This document shows, in pieces, positions 12,644 to 23,781 of a stretch of 64,000 nt of DNA (position 1 is its first letter; every line of letters begins with the position of its first letter). Below the pieces are notes generated by a model that saw only the letters and a program-made list of their open reading frames with translations, did not search any database and was not told where the DNA came from. Made by a program: the position numbers and the translations under genes. Origin of the DNA: Paraspadella gotoi (Eukaryota; Animalia; Chaetognatha); NCBI GenBank assembly GCA_051294375.1, contig CM119269.1, positions 5,754,050 to 5,818,049 on the forward strand, given 5' to 3'.

Positions 12644-15600
12644 AGAAAAAAATCAGAAGAGAGAGAGTGAGAGGGAGAGATTTAACGGGCAGAAAACGAT
12701 CTCGGCTCCGTTGGGGTACAAAAGGAAGAAAAGATTGAACTGTGGCCTGCAGTTTGAGAACCAGGCAGCGCGAGAGGGCTAAACTCATTCTCCGAGCTGG
12801 CTACATGTGCTCCTCTTTCTCTTTCTAAACTATTATTCTGCTCTCTCTCTCTCTCTCAATCTCTCTCTCTCTCTGCTCTTCTCCTCATCTCTCTCGGTTG
12901 CGTTTTTCTTCGTCTTCTCTCTCTTCTCTCCTCTCTCTCTCTCGTCTCGGCCCTTCGAAATTGCGTTCCTCGTTTAAGTTTATTACGTCCATTTGGAAGA
13001 GGCCCAAGTTTTCTCACCTCTTGTCTTTCCTCATCGTATATATTTTTCTTGCCATTCAGGTTTCAGCGCTGCTCGGGAATAAGAAAAACAAAAAACAAAA
13101 TTCGGCAACGAGCAGAGATTTGAGAAGAAAAAAAAAGAGCTCGGTTCAATGTTCGAGCGAAAATCAATGAGTTGGGAAAGATGTTCGCAAGGCAACGTAA
13201 TTGATTATCGAGTTGAGGACCATAGGATATAGTTTTAATCGGTGTGATTATCTGTTGTTGTATAATGTCCGGACCTTCAATAATAACTGTACTAAAAGTT
13301 TGTAACTAGATACAGTCTTGTAGAATATGTAATTTTAGGGCTTCACGAATGACGCATTGCATTTAATAATCAGTTTAAGGTTACAAATTACGAAATTCAA
13401 ACACCACACAAAGCGTTTGGCGTCGGAATCCGGTGGGCGGCGGCTGCCACCCACCAGTCGCCCGCCGGCCCACTGACGATCGGAAATAAAAAGGCCGTCT
13501 CAACTCCCGACGCCCGTCATAAAATTTCCTCTTTGTCCGCGGTTGGGGCGTTAGAGGCGGCGTGAGTACGGGCTTGCGTGCGGAGGCTTGTCTAGCCGCA
13601 CGAGGACGAGCTTGCGTGCGGTTAGTGAATGAAAGATTTTTAAACGTGCGCAACGGAACGTGACCTCTCGCAAAGGGGACCGCGTTTCTTAGCCTTTTCA
13701 TCGAATTTTTTTTTTTTTATCTCGATGGAGGAATTAACGGGGGGAAAAACCGGGAAAAAAAGGGATAAGGGGTTGAATTAAAAAAAATGTTTCAATCATT
13801 AGTAGTAAAAATAAATTAAAAAGGCTCATTTTCAAAACTGTGGATTGCTAATTGGAGAAGATGAAAAAGGCTTATTTTCCAAACTGTGTTGGTAATTGCG
13901 AAGAAGTTAAAAAAGGCTTCATGTTTTTCAAACTGTGATTGGTATCGGAGAAGAGAAGTTAAAAAGACTCATTTTCAAACTGTGATTGGTAATTGGAAGA
14001 AGTTAAAAAGGCTTATTTTCAAACTGTGATTGGTAATTGGAAGAAGATAAAGGCTGAGGACGAAAGATCCATTTGCAGTTTCAAGGATCGTAACATCGTT
14101 GCTATTCTTTCTCTCTGCTTCTCTTGACGTTTAAAACGAAGAATAATAAGATCCTTTTGGGCCATTATCTCTCAGAAAAAAAATTGTTACAATGTTAAGA
14201 AACTGCGATCAAATGGAAAATAACAGGGGGGAGAAACTCCAACTGATTGCTCGACGGCTGGCGGCTCTGCAACGGCGGCTGGCGGCTCTGCAGAGGCGGC
14301 TATCGGCCCTGCAGCGGTAGGCGGGTGCCGGATCAATTACGTCTTGTTTCCACCAAAGTCTGCAACTTTAAAATATTTAAACGAAACAACTCAATCTCTC
14401 TTAACTATAAACATGCCTTAATATTAGAACCTAGGCTATTTATCTCGTCAAAGCTAAGGATTAACGATTAACGATTAACGATTAAATCATTAATGTTGTA
14501 AACTCAGCTCCAAATTTTCTCAATCTAATTCAACGAAAATTTTTAACTCTTCTTCCTCTTTCTCGTTGGTAACTTTTCAAAGCTTTCATTGTCTTTTATT
14601 CACTGTGTTAATTCAATGTTTTGTTCCATTTTGCGCTTCGTAAATCGTTATTTAAATTTTTCGCATATAATAAAAAAAAATATTCTCGATTTATAATCAC
14701 AAATCACTACTTCTCCCTATTTTTTCTACCACACCTTTACCTTACCCTGCCTTACCCGGGGGCGAGGGCCTCAGGTCGGGTCGGGCTTCGATGTGGGGAA
14801 TCTCCAGGACGGAGGAGACGCTTTGGACGTAGGAGGCGAGAGCGGGCGTCTGCGGCCCGAACAAGGCCGCGATGCCCGTCTCGATTTGTTGACACGCTGA
14901 GAAGTGAGGAGAGATTGGGGGAGTGTCGGAGAAGGAGTGATGGGAGTGGCGAAAAAATAAGGGTGAGATAAAAGTAGGAGTTTTGAATTGAATTTTTTTT
15001 TTTATCTCAGTTTTTCTGGCGAGGTAGCGAGACCTCGCCGTGGGCAATTGTCCGACATAGGCAATTGGGCATGTACGAAGGTCTCCCATGATGGTTCTAA
15101 GTAGTTTTCAGAATGGATTTTTAATTAAATCGTAGTCAGCTAAGAAGACGACGCCCGATCCGAGAACGACGACGATGACTACAACGACATCGACGACGAC
15201 GACGACACCTGCGGCCCTCACCTTTTTTGCTGGCGTGAAAGGAATCGGTGGACGGGAGATGCTGGATGTCATAAGTTAAGACGGTGTTTTTCAAGAGTTT
15301 GGGATCTTGGTTGATGCGGTAGACGGCGTACTTGAAGGCCAATTCCAGCCCCGAATCTCGGTTCTCTTCCTCGAAAAGTCCGCCTGTCCGGGATAATTGG
15401 GCGGGAAGGCAGGGGCGGGGGGGGGGGAGGGCGGAGAAGCAAATATTGTCGTTTGTGTTTTAATACTATTAAAAAAATACTATATCAAAAAAATACCACA
15501 ACGCACGAAGATGACGGACGCACGAAGAACGACGACGAGTACCAAGAAGGCGACGATTGGTCATTTAAATTAATATAAATAGACAAGACTGTAAATGATT

Positions 15601-18130
15601 TTAAGAAGAGGATCAGGAGAAAATAACTTCCTCTTCGCTGAGAAAAATTGGAATCCTTTCCTTTTTTTTTTTCCTTCTTTCTTTTCTTTTCCCCTTCTTT
15701 TTCTCTTCCATCTCGCCTTCCTCTTTTGAGATTTTCCCTTTTTTTCCCCTCTTCTCTCTTAATTTGCATCCCCTTAAGACTTGATGTTTCTCCTCAGCTT
15801 TACTTTCCTTTCTCTGACTCACCCGCCACGCCTCCCAGTCGCTCGTTGATTAACTTTCCTTAGTCAACTCGACAAATCCGCCGCTTTTCCTCACCTCTCT
15901 CCCTCGCTACAGTTTATTTCACCAACTCAATGCCTTCACTAGAATCACTTCCGCTCTTGCAGTGGGAGAAATGTTGTCGGAAGATTTAATTCCGTTATTT
16001 TAAATATATAGATAAAGATATAAAATTCCGGCTTCCTTACACCGACCTCCACACGATGCGCGTGCAGCCGGTGCCCCGACGCTATCCTCCGAGGAAGAAC
16101 AACGCAGCTTGCGACGGGAGAAGAATTTTCCCTCGAAAAGAAGATTTTTTTTCGAAAGAATGTCTTGAAAAAAGAGGAGGAAGAGGAGGAGGAGGAGGAG
16201 GAGGAGGAAGTGAAATAGACGAGGAGATTCGGGGGTAAGAAGAGGAGGCGGGGTAGGGGGTGAAGGAGGGAGGGCAGGGAGAGAGAAGGCGGGCTTCTCC
16301 ACAAAATTCTATAGTGGACAACTACTACTTTGTAAACATAATACGCTTGAATAGATGTCAGGCTCAATTGATTATTTTTACAATTTTTTTTACTTTTAAA
16401 AATTTCCTCCAAGGAACTTTGGATGTTCTTTTACGTTTCTGAAATTATTTTTAAATCTAGTCTAATTTTCATTTTTATTATTTTTTTTATTTCTGAGTCC
16501 ATCTAAGGCTATTAAAAATGTTCAGGTCCACAATTTTGATGAGAGGGTTCCAGGGTTCCGGGTTCCCCTTTCTGTTCTCCTCTGTGGGGATATTCGCGGC
16601 CCGGACAGGAAAGTAGGGAAGAAGGGAAGAAGGGAACAAAAAAGGAGAAAGAGGAACCGAGAGAACAGAACATGAAAAGAATAGGAACAGACGACGACGA
16701 CGACGACGACGATCGCAACAACAAAGACGAGACCGAAGAAAACTAAGGAAGCAAAGTTATTGAAAAAAGGGCGGACGTCACAACAAGCGAGGCAAGCGAC
16801 GACGCAGATGCTTGCAAACGAGTCAATGCTCCGATGCTTGCGAACGAGCCCAGGCGCCATGCCAGAAGAATTGAAACTCGAATATAATTAAAAAGGCAAT
16901 AAAAACGAAACGAAAACAAAATAAAAGAAATAAATAAATACGAGTTTCCTCTGCATTTTATATTCAGTTCGCTCGAACGTTAAATTTTGATCGCACTCAA
17001 AAGTCGTTAGCATATTTAAAGAAAAAATACTTTGGCGAAAAAAAAATCCCTTTTTTGCTTTGATGAAAAATAACCGATCCGTGCAAAAAGGAAAAAAAAA
17101 TAAGGAACTTATCTTCCTTTTCTAAAAAGTATAATATTTTCTCATCATCAAAACTCGATTTGTGAGAAGCGAGGAATAGAATTTAGCGAACTAACTTTAA
17201 TCCCGCACGTTATTAAAATTATGATCGAGTCAATAGAACTCGAGAATTCTTAAATTCGAAAAAACTTTCGGCGACTTCAAAGATGAAAATTCTTCGAGCC
17301 AATCGAAATTGCGATGCCGTCGTCATAGGCAGTTTTGTTTTTTAGTTAAGCATTTAAATATTTACGACCCTTGTCTTTTTCCCTCATACCTTTTATACAC
17401 ATTTATTTTTACCTAATTCGTTGAAAATCGATAAATAATTTGTTTCTCCCAACCCGATTTATGCCCTCTTCCTTCATCTCCCGGCGCCTTACTCTCCCTT
17501 TAATCTTTCTTTCTCTTCTCCCCTTTACTCCTCCGTCCTTTCCCCATCCCCTCATTTTCCTCTCCCACCCAATGCTCCTCTCTCTTCTCTCTCCCCAATC
17601 CCCTCTCTTTCCCTCCCTTTATCACCTCTCTCTTCTCTCCCACTTCCCTCTCTTTCACTCCTTTATCACCTTCTCTTCTCTCTGCCCAATCCCCTCTCTT
17701 CCCCTCCCTTTATCACCTCTCTCTTATCTTCCCCTATCCCTCTCTTTCTCCCATCCCTTATCCAACTCTGCTCTTCTCTCCCCTATCCCTCAATCTTTCT
17801 CTCTCCCCTTTATCACCTCTCGTCTTCTCGTCTCCCCATCCCCTCTCTTTCTTCCTCCCTTTATACCTCTTTCTCTTCTATCCGCCTCTCTTTCTCCCTC
17901 CCTTTATCACCTCTCTCTTCTCTCCCCCAACGCAACGCCCTCTCACCGATTTTAATAAGTTCCGGCAAGCCGTTGACGTTGAGGACGAACGTGAAGACGA
18001 GCGTCATCACCGTCGACTTGATGACGTTCATCGGGCGCAGAGGGCGCCACGAACGACGCTCTCCGCCGGCGCCACGCCCTCGAGCGCCGCCCGACGCGAA
18101 GCCACGCCCACTTTCGGCGCGCGACGTCAT
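1..18130 (-). CDS. GRIK: Kainate-type ionotropic glutamate receptor, multi-exon, 3'-partial (signal peptide + amino-terminal domain); join of 18130-17947, 15383-15222, 14896-14756, 12445-12298, 3952-3815, 2143-1887, 1320-1168, 18-<1
   Basis: Spliced translation reads LPELIKIG|GLFEEENRDSGLELAFKYAVYRINQD...DSFHASKK|ACQQIETGIAALFGPQ...IPHIEARPD...FPPTNLLSRAYLNLVHFFQWKRLLIVYEDDD|GLIMLQDVIK...NLIL|DLSDDHVHTLLKIALQMGMITSDYHYIVTSMDLETLDLEDFRYNRVNVTAFRLV...|VETALMYDAVFAFAHGL...LSCEEEQAW. This is the motif order of the kainate receptor ATD and, from memory, resembles the arthropod CG11155-like group. All introns are GT-AG and phases match except at exon 3/4. Family-level call only; orthologue not determined. 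Confidence 0.92.
933..1126 (-). mobile_element. Short Helentron/DINE-1-like non-autonomous element (HINE) in the receptor intron
   Basis: On the minus strand: T-run, terminal hairpin tagttgcgccgcgag-ga-ctcgcggagaaacta, a GTCC/GTCG-type microsatellite, a subterminal inverted match ggtgcaac, and an end of cccttcttgttt. This is the known DINE-1/HINE architecture. Confidence 0.6.
1168..1320 (-). CDS. GRIK: Kainate receptor coding exon 7
   Basis: Acceptor ccgccgcag|GTC, donor CAC|GTAAGT, 153 nt, phase 0-0; VETALMYDAVFAFAHGLEAMDAGVNLKTVNLSCEEEQAWGYGLFLLRDLSH (ALMYDAV and LSC motifs). Confidence 0.93.
1887..2143 (-). CDS. GRIK: Kainate receptor coding exon 6
   Basis: Acceptor cccccag|AT, donor AAG|GTCTGT, 257 nt, phase 1-0; DLSDDHVHTLLKIALQMGMITSDYHYIVTSMDLETLDLEDFRYNRVNVTAFRLVNSDS...NKTNVIK. 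Confidence 0.93.
3815..3952 (-). CDS. GRIK: Kainate receptor coding exon 5
   Basis: Acceptor cttctcag|GT, donor G|GTGAGT, 138 nt, phase 1-1; GLIMLQDVIKSPLENDLDIIIRQGHEGNFREIMREARKNKVHNLIL. Confidence 0.9.
5317..5794 (+). mobile_element. 5'-truncated non-LTR retrotransposon (LINE) 3' end
   Basis: Frame KLFYTNCVPILLYGCEV...RINVAINDGIRKIFGFNRWESIRELR...RKKNFISKI resembles the post-RT region of LINE ORF2 (P.L.YG.E motif). Stop at 5646, then a short 3' UTR, AATAAA and a TAA tail. Flanked by aatggacaatg (5306-5316) and aatggacattg (5795-5805) as an imperfect TSD. Confidence 0.75.
6139..6333 (+). repeat. ~17-bp G-rich minisatellite (GGCGGGCTAAAGGGGTT)n; second copy at ~9160-9410
   Basis: About 11-12 tandem units are directly visible. 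Confidence 0.9.
8288..8786 (+). mobile_element. Second, indel-noisy copy of the same LINE fragment (part of the duplicated block)
   Basis: Collinear with 5317-5794, with many single-base indels. Confidence 0.7.
9630..10501. mobile_element. MITE-like non-autonomous TIR element inserted in a GGA microsatellite
   Basis: Left end tagtgaagcgctgtttgtcgac and right end gtcgaaaaaaggcgcttcacta are imperfect inverted repeats. The element is absent from the sister copy at ~6515-6545 and has no coding capacity. Confidence 0.75.
12298..12445 (-). CDS. GRIK: Kainate receptor coding exon 4 (5' boundary uncertain: 12445 or 12404)
   Basis: This frame is not in the ORF track. It reads FPPTNLLSRAYLNLVHFFQWKRLLIVYEDDD, matching the iGluR LYP...L..AY..LV....W....IVYEDD.G motif. 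Donor G|GTGAGA at 12297. Acceptor and phase are ambiguous (see findings). Confidence 0.85.
13820..14050 (+). repeat. ~43-bp minisatellite (AAAAGGCTTATTTTCAAACTGTGATTGGTAATTGGAAGAAGTT), ~5 copies
   Basis: Tandem units are directly visible. Confidence 0.85.
14756..14896 (-). CDS. GRIK: Kainate receptor coding exon 3
   Basis: Acceptor cacttctcag|CG; donor G|GTAAGG at 14755 with a second GTAAGG donor at 14745; ACQQIETGIAALFGPQTPALASYVQSVSSVLEIPHIEARPD, containing the conserved ATD Cys and the FGP and IPH motifs. Confidence 0.9.
15222..15383 (-). CDS. GRIK: Kainate receptor coding exon 2
   Basis: Acceptor cag|GC, donor G|GTGAGG, 162 nt, phase 1-1; GLFEEENRDSGLELAFKYAVYRINQDPKLLKNTVLTYDIQHLPSTDSFHASKK. 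Confidence 0.93.
17460..17930 (+). repeat. CT-rich degenerate minisatellite (core CCCTTTATCACCTCTC) in the first coding intron
   Basis: The core recurs at roughly 40-50 bp spacing and explains the spurious ORF 17440..17955. Confidence 0.75.
17947..18130 (-). CDS. GRIK: Kainate receptor coding exon 1 (start and signal peptide)
   Basis: GCC-ATG at 18130 (alternative in-frame ATG at 18031); hydrophobic VMTLVFTFVLNVNG followed by LPELIKIG; donor G|GTGAGA at 17946; 184 nt, phase 1, joining to give IKIG-GLF. Confidence 0.85.
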
Positions 18131-18817
18131 GGCGTCTTAGAGGCGGAGAGAACGCGGAGCGAAAGACGCCGATTCGGGCGTCGTTCTTGTTGAGGTCGTC
18201 GCCATTTTATTATTTTCTTCAATTTGTTGACTCTCGTGTTTTTTTGTTTTTTTCGTTTTATAGCAACGGTTGATCTTTTGTTTAATTACCAAACGTAAAT
18301 AAAATGGTTTATGAGGTCGCCGTTGTCGTCGTTGAATTTGGAAGCGCGCCTAAAAAGGGGTGGAAGAATTTTAGAGGGTTAATGCTTGGCCAAGTGAAAA
18401 TTGAAAGAAATGGAAATGCATGTCGATCATACTGCTAAATGCAAATTTGATTTAAGTGTCATTTCTTTATTCCCAAGTAGAGAGAAGGAGAGAAGGAGAA
18501 AGAAAAGAAAAAAAGTGAAAAAGAAGGAGGAAGAAGAGGAGAAAGAGCATGAGCTGAGTTCGATAGGGTTCTTTCTATTTCCACGGAGCTCTTAAGCCTG
18601 AAAAACATAACCCGATAAACAAATAAAAACAAAGATTTAAACCTCTCCGCCCTCTGGGCGATGAAAAAAAAAAATCAATAAGCCGGTGAGGAAAGACTGA
18701 AAGAAAGAAATAGAATAAATAAAAAAGAATCAATAAGTCGGTGAGGAAAGAAAGATTAAAAAAAAAATAAAGAAAGAAAACAAGAAAAGAAAAGAGAAAA
18801 CGAAGACGGATTGAAAA

Positions 18818-18822
18818 AAGAA

Positions 18823-18910
<88 letters not shown>

Positions 18911-18912
18911 AA
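18818..18912 (+). repeat. (GAAA)n microsatellite
   Basis: Perfect tetranucleotide array. Confidence 0.95.
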
Positions 18913-19059
18913 AATGAAAAAAGAAAGAAACAAAGAAAAAAAAAGAAACAAAGCATGCAAGCAAGCAAGCAAGCAGGCAAAGTCGAATAAAAAACTGGAA
19001 TAAAAAAAAAACAATGAAAAAGGATTCCGATGGATTTCCGAGTTAAACCCTAAGAAAAG

Positions 19060-19260
19060 CAGTTACCCCTTTTTTGCGTTTCCACTTTTTCGCGGTTCCG
19101 GTTCGACGCTTCGCCTTCCGGTTTCAGTTTTTTGCGGCGACGACCGGATCTCACCTCCGGGCGATTCCGGGTGACGTCTCTCTCGGCGACGCGGAAACGA
19201 GGCTCGAGAACCGGAAGTCGAGGGACGCGCCCACTTTTGGCGATGAAGTCGTTGGCGGAG
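19060..19260 (-). promoter_or_regulatory. CpG-rich promoter-like segment and candidate non-coding first exon of the receptor
   Basis: CpG-dense island containing CCGGAAGT (ETS-like) and TGACGT. A minus-strand donor GGAG|GTGAGA at 19154 pairs with a good acceptor ttatgtttttcag|G at 18598, upstream of the coding start. Confidence 0.45.
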
Positions 19261-19889
19261 AGATGGAGGGAGCGAGGAGGAAAGAGAGGAAGGAACAGAG
19301 GAGAGGAGGAAGGATTGAATAAAGCGGGGAGGAAGCAAAGGGAGAGACGGAGGTGATAGAAAAAATAAAAAAAAAGGGAGGAAGACGCAGAGAAAAAGGG
19401 AGAAAACGAGAGGAAAGGAAAAAAAAAAGAGAAAAGTATCACGAGAGAAAAGGAAGGGAGAATGAAGACGGGGTCAACGGGTCATACGGAGAAAGGAAGA
19501 GAAAAATAGGAAGGAAAAAAAAAAAGAAAAAAGAGGGGAAAGATAAACGAGATATCGTGGGATGAGTGGAAGGAGTGAGACGGAGAGAGAGAGAATAAGA
19601 TTCGATCTAACTATAAGAAAATTGAAGAAAGTGGAGGAAAGGAGGAAGCGTTAAGAGAGTGAGAGAGAGAGAGAGANNNNNNNNNNNNNNNNNNNNNNNN
19701 NNNNNNNNNNNNNNNNNNNNNNNNNNNNNNNNNNNNNNNNNNNNNNNNNNNNNNNNNNNNNNNNNNNNNNNNNNNNNNNNNNNNNNNNNNNNNNNNNNNN
19801 NNNNNNNNNNNNNNNNNNNNNNNNNNNNNNNNNNNNNNNNNNNNNNNNNNNNNNNNNNNNNNNNNNNNNNNNNNNNNNNNNNNNNNNNN

Positions 19890-21640
19890 GTTGTTTTATT
19901 TTTCTCTATTTTCAACTTTATCGGTTTTATTTATCTTATTTTTCGTTTAGCAAATAATCCGATCCCTTTTCCAAATCAAATTTTGGTTTCCGTTTTTCTT
20001 TTCTAGTTTCGCGGTGTATTTTTTCTTCTTCTCGATTTTAAGTCCGATTAAGATTTTATTTTCCGCATGCTATTTTGTTTGTTCGTTGTTGTTGTCGTTT
20101 TTGTCTTTCTTTATTCCTTATTATGTACGTGGGTTAAAGAGAATCGATTAACGTTTATTTTTAGTTTTCAGTTTTGGCTTCATTATTTCTTTTTGTTTTT
20201 GATTTTTTTTTTTTATTCGTAGATAAAAGCTAAAACGTCTAATTTCGTTGACTCTTTGTTGTTGTTCTTTTTGTTACGCTATTGAATGTTGGGGATTAAT
20301 TTATTCTTATTCTCGTCTAAACCCGACGTGCGAAGTTTTCACCGACGCGCGCGAGAGAATACGCGGTGTGTTCGGTCGTCTTTACGAAAGTCGGTTTAAT
20401 TAACTGAGCTAATATCCCGGTTGTTGATTAAAAGTTGCGAAGTTCCGGTTAAACGCGATGTACTTTGATTGGCTTTAAAAATCGATTAAAAAGATGCGGG
20501 TGCGTCTAAAAGTTTAACTTTCTGTTGGAATAAAAAGGAAAAAAAAAGGTGAGTTAGAATATTGATTATTGAATGCTGTTGTCATTCACAAATAGACAAT
20601 AAAAACAATTGAAAAATTCTAAGCGTGAGACGGAAAAAACACGTATCGACTTTTCACGTCGATGGAGCACGATAAAAAAAAAATCCTCTTCGATAAAAGT
20701 GAGGAAAAAAAAAATCTCAGGTGAGACATAAAAGTAAAAACGGAAACGAGACCCAACCTCACCCACGCCCCTCTTTTGCCTGCCGCCCTCCCTCCTCCGA
20801 AAAAAAATTAAAAAAAAAGAAAAAAAGCGCGAAAATCGATGCGGTGAAGCAAAGACGATATGAGTCGCCCACGCGAGATTTCCGATATAAAAAGAAGATG
20901 AAATTACAACAGGAAAAAAATGGGAAAAATATAAAAAGAAATAAAGATAGCGTTAAAGTATAGCGGGTAGAAAGAAAAAAGCACTTCTAGAGAGGAGGAC
21001 GAGAGTGAGAGAAGAGAGAGAGAGGAGAGAGAGAGGAGAGAGAGAGAGAGAGAGAGACGAGAGGAGAGAGAGAGATTTTCTTGGCGTTTGATGATGCGTT
21101 AACGACGATACAACGCGATAAACATTCACGGTCTAATCCATCGCGAGAATCCCAAGCCAAGGACGTGGGCCGCGCGCACGTAGAGAGAGAGAGAGAGAGA
21201 GGAGAAGAGTATTTAATTTCTATCTTTCTATGTAAAAATGTCATGTGAGAGGTCGATAGATGACATGCATAACTACGTCTTGGCGGACAGAGGAAAGAGG
21301 GATTGAGAGTCGACGGATTCTTTTCTCTGCGCTCATCGAGGGTGTCTGCAAGCTTCTCTCCGTGCTAATCGCCTCTCTGTCTTTCTTAGGTCTTTCTTTT
21401 TTCTCTCTCTCTTTCTCTCTCTCTCTCGTCTCTCGCTCTCTGTCTTTCTTTAGTGCCATTTCTTTGTTTCTGTGCGTGTGTAAAATAGTGTGTGTGTGTG
21501 TGGTGTTTTGTTTGTTTCGTTTCCGCTATCTATTGTGTCTGCTCGATCTCAATATCGCTGGATCTCTCGTTCTCCTCTTTTTCGACTCTTCCTTTTTCCC
21601 CCCTCTCTTTCTCTTCTTCTCTCTCTCGACTCTCTCTCAG

Positions 21641-21672
<32 letters not shown>

Positions 21673-23294
21673 GTTATTTCCATCTCTCCTCGTAATAAGT
21701 CTTGGCCCTCTTAGTTGTACGCTTCTGTGTTCTTCTTTCTCTCCTAACTATCTCCTGGGCTCTCTGTCTTTCCACTAGTCCTGGAGTGGAGAATATTTGC
21801 TGAATCTGTCTGAGTAATTCTGTCTGTCTTCTCATATTCTCGTATGAAGAAGTCACGGCTACTCGTTCCTTCTCTCTCTTTTTCCTCCTCCTCTCTCCGT
21901 GTCTTTTAGTCTTCTACTCCAGCATCGTCTCTCTCTCTCTCCTCTCTCTCTTCTTCTCCTCTCTCTCTTCTCGTCTCTCCTCTCTCTTTTCTTTTCCTCT
22001 TCGTCTCTTTTTCTTTTATCTGCTCTCTCTCTCTCTCCCTCGCTATTTTTTGATTGCTTTTTTTTTCTTAGCTGGCTGCTCTGGACTACTAAACTCAAAG
22101 CCGAAGGGCGAAGGAGGAAAGACGCTCCACTGGCCCCTCCCCTGCGCGTTTCTTCTCTTTCACTGGAAAGAGGAAGATTAAGAGGAACCGGGGTGGGTAA
22201 ATGGTGGGTGGGGTGGTGATGGTCGGTGGGGTTGGTTAAAAAGTGGGTGGGTTGGTGAATGTGGAGGTGGAGTGGTTGAATGGTGGGTTGGGTGGTGATG
22301 GTGTGGTGGGGTGGCGAGTGGCGGGTGGGTTATGAATGGTGGGTGGGTGGTGAGTGGTGGTTCGAGGGTCGGCGAGGGATGGCGACGAGTGGTCGTATGG
22401 CTCACTATAGGTGAGGCCAGGTCGTGTTTGTAACGGCAGATTGCTATGTTTATTTTATTTAAGGCTTGGTTTATATTTTGAGATATTTAAAAGTTGAGTG
22501 GTGGGCATAAGTCGATTTGTGCAGAGTGAGTGGGGTCGTTTTAAACATTTGCTCTTCGGACTTTGGATGAATTATCTAAGTATGATTAAGGAGTATGGAG
22601 TGGGTATGATGAAACGATACTTGTGGAGTCGTTTTTCGTCACGGAAGTGAAAAAATTGGAAAAAGTTGGTGTCTAGCTTAAAGCCAAAATGGTTTGGGTT
22701 TAATTTATCATGGATAAACTTTAATTTTAAATAAATTTATGAAATTGGTAGCAAACCAATATTAAAAATTATCGCATTCATTTATTGAAAATAGTGGCCT
22801 ATTTGCCCCTGACTTGGGACAGGCTTTGGTGGTTTTAATGGCCTCCAGTCACTCTTACAAAGATAAGACCATAGCAGGTGACCCTGCAAAGCTTCAATTA
22901 AGACTTCTCTGCACAAAGTCTCGTTTATTCACAGTCCCAGAGTACCTGGCTTTCCCTTATTCAATGAAGTGGTATAATATCAATATTCAAATAATTTAGA
23001 GATCCAAAATGCGGATCATTTAACTTTCTTCTCTCAGTTGGGCTCAGTTGGCTTTTTTTTTTTTCTCTGCTTATTTTTCATTTTATTTACTGTACTTTGG
23101 AATCGTGACGGGCGTCCCATTTTTTCGGTCGACGCAAAAGTAGTGTTGGTCATTCTTCGCGCCATTTGTACTGTGCGGTCCTCCTCCCAGAAATTGCGCC
23201 ATTGTTCCACTAGTTCGTGCTTTCCGCGCCAACGTCGCCATAATAACGCTGGTTATCACGATTTTTTATATCTGACGTTGTTTACGGGGCGAAA

Positions 23295-23326
<32 letters not shown>

Positions 23327-23744
23327 TGAGAGAGAGAGTAGAGAAGAGGAGAGAAAGAGAGAGAGAGAGGAGAGAGTAACCGACGGTCAGTGGATGTCTG
23401 TTTTGGTCCTTTTGTTGTATATGCGTTCAATGCAGTGATGTCATTCATAGGGAATTGAACGAATTGGATCAGGCTGTTCAATCTGCGCTGTGAGTCACCA
23501 GGATCGAAAGTTTGTAAAGAAATCAGAATGCAAAATAAAAACCGCGTGTTTTTTTTGTTCCGCGAGTAATTCTCTAGAGTCGATGCTTTTTTTTTTTTTT
23601 TTTTTTTTTTTCCTTCATGACAAAGGAATTTTATCTCGATTGAGAAGCGACAAACTGAAACGGTGAAACCGGAGAAGAGGAAAATCCTGGGAGGGCAATG
23701 CGAGGCAGAAGTAGGGCAANNNNNNNNNNNNNNNNNNNNNNNNN

Positions 23745-23781
<37 letters not shown>

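Noticed and set aside
15815-15900. Minus-strand GTGAGT donor with a small hairpin (gttgattaa/ttagtcaac) in intron 1
   Set aside because: No convincing acceptor or start codon; compatible with chance.
16522-16860. Minus-strand hydrophobic ORF as an alternative signal-peptide exon
   Set aside because: The hydrophobicity comes from a (GTC)n tract and T-rich DNA, and I see no suitable donor. Exon 17947-18130 gives the family-typical LP..IKIG junction.
20319-20397. pre-miRNA-like hairpin
   Set aside because: Too many bulges and internal loops, and no recognisable mature miRNA.
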